Source of the DNA: Schmidtea polychroa
Lineage: Eukaryota
Assembly (NCBI GenBank): GCA_044892525.1
Contig: CM097885.1
Coordinates: 50,408,001 to 50,472,000 of the forward strand
Length of the DNA: 64,000 bases
Reading direction: 5' to 3'
The position numbers and the translations under genes were made by a program. Below are positions 32,913 through 45,700 of this stretch, piece after piece (within the stretch, counting starts at the first letter, position 1; each line of letters opens with the position of its first letter). The notes under the pieces are model-generated. The model did not search any database. It saw only the letters and a list, made by a program, of their open reading frames with translations, and was not told the DNA's origin.

Positions 32913-34133
32913 GCCTATAGTGTGTTCTGTCATTCCAAGTTCATATTCCACTAGAAGGAATAAGAAATATCAAAGACGCACTCTGATCAATTTGCCATCA
33001 CCATTAGAAAGATGATCAAAGAAAAGAATGTTCTAAACCTCCCGAATAAGATACCGTTTATGGATGTAGTAATATATGCTTCTAGAGAGAAGGAAAGCCT
33101 GGGCGTCACAAAAATGAGTGATGAATATTTAATTCAGGCATTAAATAGGTTCCTGAAACTTATAAACAGCACTCACTTCCTTATAGTAACCATATTAAAA
33201 GAGGGAGATGACTGATGTAGTCCAAAAAACCAATACAAACATCGAAAAAATCAGAGATGCCTGTAAATGGCTTTTACGGAACATTAATCTACAAAAGACA
33301 GAATACCGTCAAGAAAGCATGGTTGGATAAAGTTGGGAATCAATAAAAGCCCTGCAGAAAACTCCGGAATAAAGATATCCTTCCTACATAAAGATGATTC
33401 CATGGGTTGCATAATAAAATCCAGCACTAGGGAAAAGTCAGAAACAATTATACTTCCTGATTTAGATGAGATATCCAAAACACTCCACTGGATGATCAAG
33501 GAGGTTTTACCTTAAGATATGGATGACAGCAAGATGTCAAGGATATATCTTAAGCCTCCCGACATCCGATGAAATGATTGGAAGATGCCAAAAAGCCTCA
33601 AAGACCCAGAATGAAAATTTATAATAAAATCAACATGAAGCAGGCAAATCAAGGAGGTAGAATTGCCCCCACAAATTGTAGACAACGCCATGTAATCAAC
33701 TTGTGTCAAAAAGGAAACCGAATGCGAAGGAACAAATATAATGAAATCCAGAAGGCACTAAAGGATCTCCTGAAAAATAAAACCATAATTTTGAAACAGA
33801 GACAGTGCCCAAAGAAGCAAAAGAGTTCCTTAAACCAGATATCGTGGTGAGAACCAAAGATTCGTGATAGATGTCGATTGCCCTTTCGATAACAAAGAAA
33901 CAATCGAGCTGGCTAGGAACAGAAACATCGATAAATACAGAAAGCTGGTACAAGATATAAAAGAGCAGACAGGAATTTATATCACTATCGAAACATTCAC
34001 TATCTACTCTCTAGAAACATGGATTGAGGACAACAACGACATCCAAAAGATATTAGGATTCAAACATACAGAATATAATAAAACAAAGAAAAAAATAATC
34101 GATAGGGTCATAAAATTGTCTAGAAAAACCTAA
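32913..34133 (+). pseudogene. 3' part of the degenerate non-LTR retrotransposon (zinc finger plus restriction-like endonuclease; R2/NeSL-type architecture)
   Basis: CRQ..HVINLC remnant and KPDIVV...IDVDCPFD...RNIDKY motifs, with many frameshifts and stops. Confidence 0.75.
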
Positions 34134-34987
34134 GAGAATCATCGTGAGTTTTTCACATAACAACATTTGACATCTATTACCTAGACATGAAAAGACCAGA
34201 AGGAAAATTGATTCTTAGCTCAACAATATTTTGGTATAAGTGGGCATAAGGAATATTACGATTCATTACGACAAAGCAATAGAGAAGCGGAAATAGGTTT
34301 TGGGATTGTGTGAAAAGTTTCTCCAAGACCGTAGGCCAAACACAATATTAATTATTTTCTTTTTTCCATATTTTTGCATTCTCCCACATTGGTGGGTTTC
34401 AATTTTAAAATGATTGACTCTATCAAACTGTGGATACTTGCAACCTGTTGCTTTTTCTAATTATATTTACACGTACGTTATTATTTCTCAAACTGTACCA
34501 TACTTTATTTTGTTTTAATTAATGCGTTATAATGAATCTTAAATCAAACTTGGTGCGGTTGCTTGTGTATGTTTTTTTGACGCTTAGAACAAATTCCAAT
34601 ATCTCCAATTTTAGTCCAACATTATTCTTAGCACATCTTATTATATTTTATTTCGATTTTTCTGTATTCATTTGCTATTTTTCCTTTAAATATTCTTGTA
34701 TATAAATTTTATTTCATGAATTTTAATATTAATAGATTGCATTTCAATTTGGCTTATTTGTTTAAAGGAATAAAATTCTATTTAATAGTAAAATATATTT
34801 TCGTTAAGCATTTTAATTATTATTTGGTGAATAGTTTTCATTTATTATGATTTAATTTTTCTACAATATTGAGATTTAAATAATTTTAAAAATTGACTTA
34901 TGCAGCTGATTTTAATGTAATTTTAATGATTTACGAAATTTAATCAAACACATTTTGTTTCTTTAGTTTTTTAAAATTAAACTTAAT

Positions 34988-36594
34988 ATGATGAAGATAT
35001 CTTTCTTCTTCAATTTCAGTTTTCAATTGCTAATTCCAATTTTATTGATAAAATCAATTTACTGCCACAATCAAGAAAGTTCAAAAGTTTTGTTAATATC
35101 TTTCGATGGCTTTAGGCATGATTATTTTGAATTAGCAGAGAAAGCAGGAGTTTATTTAAAAAATTTTCAACATATTTTTGATATAGGAGTCAAAACTGAT
35201 TATTTTAAAAACGCCTTCATACCAAGAACATTCCCTAATCACATGTCAATAATTACTGGCTGTTTTGAAGAGACTCATGGCATAATTGATAATGCATTTT
35301 TTGATCCTTTATATAATGAAACATTTTCTGTCAAAAATATATCTCAGGCTTTATCATCTAAGTGGTTTTCAGACTGTGAACCTATTTGGGCTTCTAATAT
35401 TATAAATGGTTATCAATCAGCTGTGTTTTATTGGCCTGGTCAAATAGCTCCATATAAAAATACAATATTTCCTAGTCACTCATTTGGTTTATTCAGTTCA
35501 AATGTTTCTTTAGAATATAAAATAGATGTAATTATTTCATGGCTTTTGCATAAAAATACAAACTTAGGAATTCTATATCATCATGAACCTGATAAGACTG
35601 GTCATTTATTCGGTCCTGATTCTCCTGCTATTTTAACAGTTATTAAACAATTAGATAAATCTATTGGATATTTATTAAATAAAATTAAATCATCTAAATT
35701 AGAATCTGTATTAAATATTATAATAGTCAGTGATCATGGAATGACAAGAATATTGGATAATTGTCAAATAGAAATGGATAAATATGTAAATCCGGAATTA
35801 TACTACCATTATCAGGAATCTTTGGCATTTTGGGGAATTTGGCCCAAATCAAATGCAAATCTTATTCAAATAATCGACAATTTGCGATCGACGCCAAATT
35901 TAACCGTTTATAGGAAAGAAGAAATCCCAGTCGAATGGAATTATTCAAATAATCGCCGAGTTCCTCCAATAGTCACATTGGCTGACGAAGGCTGCATAAT
36001 TGTCCACACAAATGTTAGTGTCACACTAAAAGGAACACATGGTTACTCTATGACATCACCGAGCATGCGAGGGATATTCTTGGCTTGGGGACCAAAGATA
36101 ATTGCTAGCAATTTATCGAATTCAGTTCGAGTAGTCGATGTATTTCCATTAATTGCGGAAATATTGAAGTTTCGTCATATTCCAGCGAATAATGGCAGTT
36201 TTTCGAATGTCAAATGGATTTTGAAATCAAACATTAACGAGTCGGGAATATTTACCACTCTTGTAATTAGTAAGTAGTAATTAATTAATTTTATAATTAT
36301 GCAAGGTATTCTTTTGAAATTATTATCATTTTAAATTTAGTGAGTAAAATTAGCTATTTAAATTAATATTCTTATAAAATATACCAGCAACATATTCTGA
36401 AATAATGGGACACTAATTTAAAACTTTTAAAATGATATTAGCAGGCATTTTAATTTTAAATTTAACAATCAATCAATAAAAATTTAAAAAAAATGCAAAA
36501 CAAATTTTTAAATAATAAAATTTTGTTAATTGTTTATTTATAATATATAATATTTATAGTTTTTTTCTATTCTACATAATAACAAGAATATATC

Positions 36595-36693
<99 letters not shown>

Positions 36694-36698
36694 TAATG

Positions 36699-36792
<94 letters not shown>

Positions 36793-39700
36793 TACATTAA
36801 TATTAATAATTTATATTTTTAAATAGAAAAATCAATAACAATGAAAGGAACACAATACATTGATTAGCATTAAACTTTTTTGTAATTATAAGATATTTAT
36901 GACTAAGCAGAATTTATTTCTTGTCATTTGAAATTGAAAATCCTATGTTTATTTGTAGTTGGACGATATTAAAGTTGATTTTCGATTCCTATTTTAGCTT
37001 TTGATTCAATGATTGGTGCAAATTTTGAATATTTAAAATAAATATTTAATCTAATAATTTGTTTACTCGCTCAGTAATCTAGTTTATTCTTATTTTTGGG
37101 CGTCAAATAAAGTCCATATAGAAAATCACTTATAAATTTATAAGAAATTATAATCTATATTTTAAAGTCCAAAACAATCGATATATTCAATCTTGTAAAA
37201 AATTGAAATTCTAGGATAATGAAATCATAAATTTCGATAAGAAAAATAGTTTTGTGGTAATAATGCATGTTATAAAATTTATGACATTTTCAAATCATTT
37301 CTGTTAAATTTTGAATATTTTTTTGTCTGATCCGATATATTATTTTTATTTTCTAAATTTTCCACCATAAACGTTTATAATAATAATAATAATAAATTAA
37401 GTAAAATTAATAAATAACAAAATAAATAAGGTAATTTAAAATAATTAAATAAAGAAAATGAAAAAATGAAAAAATATTAAATAATAATACTGGGCATATA
37501 AATTTAAATTAAAAAATTACAAATAAATAACTAGAAAATTAAATAATACCGTATTAGCCCGAATATAACGCGACAATTTTTAACATTTTATTTTTATTAA
37601 ATTTTGGTTTAAATTAATTAAATTTATTGTCATGAATATAATCTATCCATTACTTTTAATTACCTAACCAAACGCTTATCTGATTGAATTTCCCTTAATT
37701 TTAATTTTTTTATGAGTATTTTTTTTCGAAATTCGGGGTCGCGTTATATTCGGGCTAATACGGTAGTAAAGAGTTTCGACAAAACATAATTAGGCAAAAC
37801 ACATTTAAAAAAAACAGTTCAAAATATATTTAAACAAAGCAAATTTTTTTAAAACACACTAGACATTTAAACATTTGAAAAATACCGCCAAAACTTTATT
37901 GAAACAAAAATATTCGAGAAAATAAGTTCATTTTAAAATAAAAGCCATCTGATATAACTCATCTCCGCGATAACCGATAGTAGCCTTGACGAGATGCATT
38001 AATCCATTGGTTCTCAATTAATATAAAAGCGCGGAACATCATTCACATGATTTTACGCGGAACACTGACAAAAAATATTTGCTCACAATAAGTGGCCAAT
38101 CACAAATTACTATAAATCTGTCGTAAACGTAAACAATGCCTTCTTATAAGCAAAGAAAATACCACGCGCAACAATAACAAGCAATAAAAACACTTATATT
38201 TGTATGTTTATATATCTGTATGTTTGTATATATTTATTTTGTATATATATTTGTATGTTTATATATCTGTGTAACGGCTTTCTTATTGAATCATCTTATA
38301 AAAAAATTAATTGAGGTTTTTGATGATATGTATCTTAAATCAAATTTAACGATAAAATGTCTTTTTTTTCGCGGATTAGACTGGATTTGAACACTGATGT
38401 TCCGCGGAACACGGGTTGGGAACCACTGCATTAATCTAATGCTATCACATAAAAAATTAAAAGTTAACATTGTTTACATTGTTTCGAATTACACAAACAA
38501 ACACACGCATATATCCACCAAAGTGCAAAAATTATGTGCAACAAAGACAAATATTATTCGCAGATGGTAAGTTAAAAGTTATATTTTTTATTAAATTTAC
38601 ATTGCTAAAGTTTTTAAATTAATTTTAAATCATTTTAAATATTTAAAATCAATTAAATTCAAATTTAATATTTTAATTATAAATTACGTTTTTCGATGCT
38701 TTTCTCATACATTTCCCATAATTTCCGACAATTTATTACCATTTTCGAAATTACTTAAAAGTTTTCAGTTGGAATTTTTTAAATAAATTATAATTTACAT
38801 TGGGTACTTCCGTGTTATCTTACCCCCAAAAATTAAATTATAAAAGACAATTAAAATAACAATATAAAAAATGAGAGAATACATTATTGATGATGTTATT
38901 GAACATTATTGAACATGAATTTATTAAAGCTATCAGCGTTAGTAAATGACAAAGCCAGTGCTGTGCAGTTTTTGCAGCAACATGGAATTTTGCACAACCC
39001 GGTATTTGTAGCAATAATCATGCCATGACTTTGTCACTTAATGACCATCACGACCGCTGGCGTTGTAAGAAACGTGAATGCCGGGAAGATGTACAAGTTC
39101 GACGAGGAACATGGCTACAAGGCTCCAAATTGCCTTTCAGACAAATTGTACTGTTCATTTATTGTTGGTCAATGCAGTTGACAAGTATTAATTTCTGCGA
39201 AAATGAACTAGATATTGGCGAAAGCAGTGTCGTTGGCTGGAACATGTATCTCCGTGAGGTCTGTGCAAATACATTACTGGTTAATCTAATGATAATTGGA
39301 GGTCCTAACACAACAGTTGAAATAGATGAAAGTTTATTTTCACGGCGCAAAAACCAAGTCGGTCGTGTGTTTCCCCAACAATGGGTTTTTGGTGGTATCT
39401 GTAAAGAAACTTTGATACTTTGATGCCAATAATAACTATAATAACGAGTGGAGGGCGTACGCTGGAATTGCTGAGATACCAGGACAAGGTTACACACACA
39501 GCACCGTTAACCATTCACAAAATTTTGTAAACCCTGTTACCGGTGCCCACACACAAACAATTGAGAGAACGTGGAGGGCGGCAAAGGAAAGTAACAAACG
39601 ACAAAATGGAACTCATAGACAGATGATTGACTCGTACATGTGCGAGATTATGTGGCGAAAACGTGTTCTAAGCAACAGTGCCGATTTGTTCGACACTATT

Positions 39701-42700
39701 CTCAACGACATTGTGGTTTTCTGGCCACCTGGATGGCCATTTACAAACTCTTTACAAACATTTGGTGAGTTTGTAACTGTGATTTAGAAAATAAATATAA
39801 TAATTATATGTGTTCTTTTTTAATTTATTTTTGGGGGTAAGATAACACGGAAGTACCTTACATTGTTCCCATTTGCTGTTTATCTATCCATGGAAAGTTG
39901 TAAAAATTACAATTATTTCGCACGTCCTAAACTGTGGATTCCATTAAAAACATTTAAAACTACATTTATCACCTTTATTCGTAATGCTTTTGTGTTTTAA
40001 TTTCGTTTCCATTATTTAAGTTTATTATATACAATTATTTATATAAGTGAAGGAGATTTTCAATCCACACTACTAATCGACCATAAAGTTATCCATTCAT
40101 TTATATTTGTTCATCTCTATTATCAACTTTACGTTCCGAATCGTAAACCAAACGTTTTTAATGTTTTCTTGCACCTTATAAACAATTTCCAAAATACTAG
40201 TTTTATATCAAAAAAAAGATTTGTTTTGTGCAGAGATTGGAAACAAACTTAAAATAAAGTGCCGCGTGCACAAAATCAAATAATAAAATAACTAGGTCGA
40301 ATTCAAAGTTACACAGCAAACACCACACAAAAATTCAAAAAAAATACCTAAAAATACTAAATAAAGAAAAATCCATAATTAAAAAGCAAAATACAAATAA
40401 TACATTAAAACGTCAGAACCAAATAACGACCTGAAGCAATAATTTGAAAACGAGTTTGTTAGGAAATTACAATTATTTAATAAATAATTTTAAAATCAAC
40501 TTCAAAATGTCAGAAAATTCTATATTTTATTCCAAAAAATTTAATATTTTACACAAATCGATATCAAATTCTAACTTGATCAAATAATAGCATTATTCAT
40601 CAAAAACAAAGTAAAGACACTAAAAAAAATAAACTAAACCACGTTAACTGGAAAAAAAATTTTCTTTAAGGAAAAAATCAATAAATTTAAAAATATAAAA
40701 ACACCAATTTGCATGGGTGTTGAAAATCTTGTTACGCTGCATCACATTTTTTTTATGGTGGGCGTTTAGGTGTGTTAGGGGCAATGATAACTGTTCAGAA
40801 GGACTCCTTCCTAAACGCTCATTATGATTATTGACTTTGCTGGCACATGTGCACCCATGATATTGATCATGTTGGTGATGTACACACGGGTTGGAATTCA
40901 TGAGCAGGCGAGCCCCTATATTAGGATTACTCCTCATGATATTCTCCTTTCGGGTCCTATAATGCCAATAGGACTTATATCTTCTTTATTTTCCTATATC
41001 GATATACTGACAAACCTCTGGTCCAAATGAGGTCATTCTTAATCACTTTTTTTCTCTCTTACGCCACCGCTAGACCGAAGCATTTTACAATCTCTTGACA
41101 CCTTTACTGTTTTTAGCCCAACAATTATAGGATTCTACCTTGTTTAGGGAAATACAATTTTTCCCAACACAATATTCTTATAATAAATAACGCTACCAAA
41201 TTGCCGATATCACATTATTTCACACCTTTCCATGAGTAGAAGACCAATGTAATTTATAATTTATTTAATAAAATTTCAATTTAAAAGTTTTTTTAAAATT
41301 TAGAAAATGACAGTGGATTACCCAAAATTATGGAAAATGTAGTAGAAAAAAATTAGAAAAAACATAATTTATAATAATAAATTTAAGTTAAATACTTTTA
41401 GGTATTCAGAAATTGAGAGATCGGTTCAAGTCATAGAACTGGAAGTTAGTTAATATTATTCCATAAAAAATATGAATTTATTGTGAGCTTTTTATGGGAG
41501 CTTTAAAAATCGGTATTTAAATAAAAAGCTAATAATACATCTTATTTTTTAAAAAATAAATTAGAAATGACCTGAAATTTATAACAAATTCTATGGCTTG
41601 ATTTCATTTGACATTATATATTTTTAAAAAATTAAATCAGTAAAGAAATCGATGTTTTTTAATATGTTTTATTAATTATGTTTTATTAATGTTAATTGAA
41701 AATGAAAAGAAATCAGAAGTGAAAATCAAAAGAAGTTTTTATAATATTTCATTTCATAAAATCTTTTTAAAAAATGAAAGATATAACTTAAATGACCAAT
41801 TAACGATAATATGTTTTTGACGCGCATAATTTGTGAGAGGTAGTATTGAACGGAACCGGTTGTAAAATATACTCATAGAAACAGGTGTACATACATAAAA
41901 AATGTTCCCGATTGCATAGTGGCGTAACAAGAATGGGCAAGGGGTATATCATGCACCGGGCGCTACTCATAGAGGAGAGCCAAATAACCCCCAAGATAAA
42001 CAAGATTTCCCGGGAAATTTTAATTTTTATTTTGGTTGATATCTTGGAAATATATTTTAAATTAATAATTATTGTAATATAATTTTTATTTTATTACAAT
42101 TGCTATTTTATCTAAGAATATAAATAAATGAATACTAAACTTATTATTTAATAAGTTGGCGTCAATGGAATTTTTTCAATTCTACTAAAAAAAGTTGGAT
42201 GTTACAAAAAGTTAATCAACAAACATAAACATGCTATTGCCGAAAATCGGATTAGACCGATCAAAACTCGTTACAGCACATTCTTAAATCATTATTGTAT
42301 TTAATGTGTTGGGTTTTATTAATTCAAGTCGGTAACCTCTGACTCCACGTGTCCCTTTAATCGCAGATAACAAAGCAATAAACTGCCCAACGTATATTTG
42401 AATCACAAAAATATTTCTCTCGACACAAAATAATCAATAACCAAAATTGTATGACTTTGACCGATCCTCTTCTCGGTGTTGATGCCTTGACAAAAAGGTA
42501 ATATTCACCTTTTTATTCCCTAGCTTCTTTGATCACCTCTTTCCTTTTCTATTCGATTTAATTCCTTTACACTTTTTACGTATCCCCATGTTCTATATCT
42601 TCTTTTCCCCCAAACTTCCTAATTTGTCCTTTCCCTTTGCTTACACTCACTTTCTTCGAATTACTTTCTAATTTCGACTTTGCTTTTATACTAAAATAAT

Positions 42701-45700
42701 CATTTTGATTAATTGGAATTTGACCGGATTGCTTCTATCTGACAATGATTTGACAACCGGTTCCTCGAACGTTGTTTGAAGCCTTCCTTTGTTAACCCTT
42801 CGTAATAGCCCTAACTTTGTTTGTTTCCATTAATCATACTGGCATCAGTATTAGGGTGGGTCGAAAATTTTTTTTTTCTCCAAACATGCCTAAAAAGTTG
42901 TGCTTATGCTAGAAAATGAAGTATCCCTGCAAAAGACTGCTGTTTAAAAGGGTTTACAGGTCCCAACTTTTGTTTGTATGTATTAGTACTATCCCAGTAA
43001 AAATGCTCGCACACGTGCCATTGTAAATTCATCCTGCAAGCAGTCACACGCTTGCAGAAAGACCATTTTTGACATGCTCTATTCATAAGTCCAAGCTAAC
43101 GCGTGCATGTATAGAGAGGTTAATTCACGGAAGCACCTTCACACAAGCACTCACAAAGACAATTTCTTCTGAACAATACTAACACACACACTACAGTCAA
43201 CACATAATCCACATGGATACTACTAGTCAGTCTAAACTCAGATAATCTAATTTGTTTCGATTGGATGTCAAGTGTTTGCTGGACCTAATTAAAAAAGTTA
43301 ACTTGATGATTCACTTTTATTTTGCCAGAGCTGAGTACAGAAGAGCAGTTATGAAGGGACAGAGAAATAAGCAATTTCGCAAAACAAGAAGTAAATCACG
43401 TCATTGTCTGTTTGGTCAAACTTGTGAACTACCCAGAAACCAATTACTTACTTGTGAAGATGTGTTTCGTGATTACTGTTACAATGAGAAATGTACGCAA
43501 TTTCATACTGGCTTTAACGAACAAGCAACTCTTCTCGCAAATAAGGTGAAGGAAATTCATATGAAGGCAAGTATACCAACTGTTGAGTTCAGTAGTATTG
43601 TGGTTCGTGTCAAGCGACTAATATCAAAAGTGCGTGAATTAGAGAAGTATCCAGAATGCAAGAGGTCATCTGCCAAATTTCAAGATAAGTTAAGCTCGTT
43701 TTCCAAATTGTTTGACATATGTTGCTGCAAATGTTTTAATGATGGTGCTCGTGGAAGAAGTCAGTGTACATGCCGATTGGCCTTGAAAATTCCTACCTTA
43801 GAGTGGGAGTTCTGGATTGACCAACAAACTACCAGAAACATGAAAATCGGAAATACGGACAGACAGGAAACCTCAAAATTGAAGAGAAAACAAACGAAAA
43901 GCAGCCCTACAGGAAAAGGAAAACAAATGAAAAATGAAACAATGGACACTGAAGTTAACGATCTACATCCGACCTCAAGAAGTGACACGGAGAGTGAAGC
44001 CGCTAGTGATGAAAGTAAAGATAAGTTAGACAATTCAACAGAAAGCTCAGAGTCAAGCGTAGAAGAATGTGATGAATTTCAAAATAGAAGACATTATCCT
44101 GAATTAAGTAAAGCTGTTGACAGATGTGGTGTGAGCAACAGAGACACGTGTTTGCTAGTAAACGCTTTTCTGAAAGATATGGAACTGTTATCCTCTCAAA
44201 CAATCATCGATCCCGCAAAATTACGGTGTCAGAGAAAGTACTGGAGGGAGAGAGAAATTGAACAGCATTCAGCAGAAGCGAAAAACTTGATTTGCCTCGG
44301 TTTCGACGGGAAACAAGATTCCACCTTACTTCATAGAAGGATCCTAAAAGAGGAGCATTATGTGATTGTCGCCTTTCCAGGGGATACATATATCGATCAT
44401 GTTGTACCTCAAAGTAGTAAAGCTGTGGATATTGGCAAAGAAATCATGTCAATCATCGTTAGCACGCAGTCCTCACTGACCCTTCAAGCAATTGTGTGCG
44501 ATGGAACCAATACAAACACCGGAAAAAATAATGGAATAATCAGAAGACTCGAAAAAAGCCTAGGGCGACCTCTACAATGGCTGATATGCTTGTTGCATGC
44601 AAATGAATTGCCATTCAGGAAGTATTTTTCAGTCGTCGATGGTGGAGAAACAAAAGGTCCAAAAACGTCATGTGGTGAAATAGGAAGCGTTCTTGATTTT
44701 GATCCAAAAGACAAGCCCGTAGTAGCCTTTATGTCCCTTCCTGGAAAGGTCGTAGATATTAGTGAAAATGTCAAGAAAGAATTGAACACTGATCAATTGT
44801 ATTTCCTCAGAGTATGCTTGGCAGTCCAGAAAGGGTACCACAACAACAAGGATGTCCCTTTTCTACAAATGGCACAACCAGGAAATTTGAATCACAGTCG
44901 CTGGCTAACGAAAGCTAATAGAATTCTGCGACTATATATGTCCGAAACTGCTCCATCTGAACCTCTCATGCGAATAGTGAAATTTATTGTCAATTTCTAT
45001 GGACCGTCATGGTTTTATATAAAGACTCACTCGTCATGCCAAGATGGTGCAAGAAATATTTTTTATATGCTCCAACTTCTGCAGGATTTGGATCCATCAG
45101 ACCAAGAAATCATCTTTCCTGTCATTCAGAACAACAATTACTTCTCACATCCAGAAAATATACTCCTAGCTGCTGTTGGTGATGATGATGAAGAAATCAG
45201 AAAGTTTGCAACAGAAAAAATCATAACTGCAAGACAAAATTTTCTCCCTTCCGAAGTGATTCGCACTATGGACAAGAATACTGTCTTTCTTCAGTCGTCT
45301 GCTACATCATATGTTGACATGATTGACTGGACAAAATGTAATTTGACGCCTCCCTCTCTTTTATCTCATATATTGGATCATGAATTGAAGATGAATAAGA
45401 AAATTACATTAGAACAATTTCCCTGTCATTCTCAAGCCGTTGAAAGAGCCATCAAAGATGTTTCTTCTGCCAGTTGCAAAGTGTTTGGTCACAAGTCCAG
45501 ACATGGTATGGTACTACTGTGTAAAAAATCAAGGAAGGAATTGCCCAAGGTGCAAAGCAAAGCTGATTTCATGTGACTTCTTTTTATGCCCTCACTAATA
45601 CATTTCTAAACTTTTGGCTGGATGTTTTTAATAAAAAATAATTTCGAAAGTTGATTTTTGTCTTTGAAAAGGATAATTCAAATTTGGCCCTTCCTAATCA

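Noticed and set aside
40970..40990. AAGATATAAGTCC resembling a group I intron S element
   Set aside because: Not conserved in other families and no other group I core elements found.
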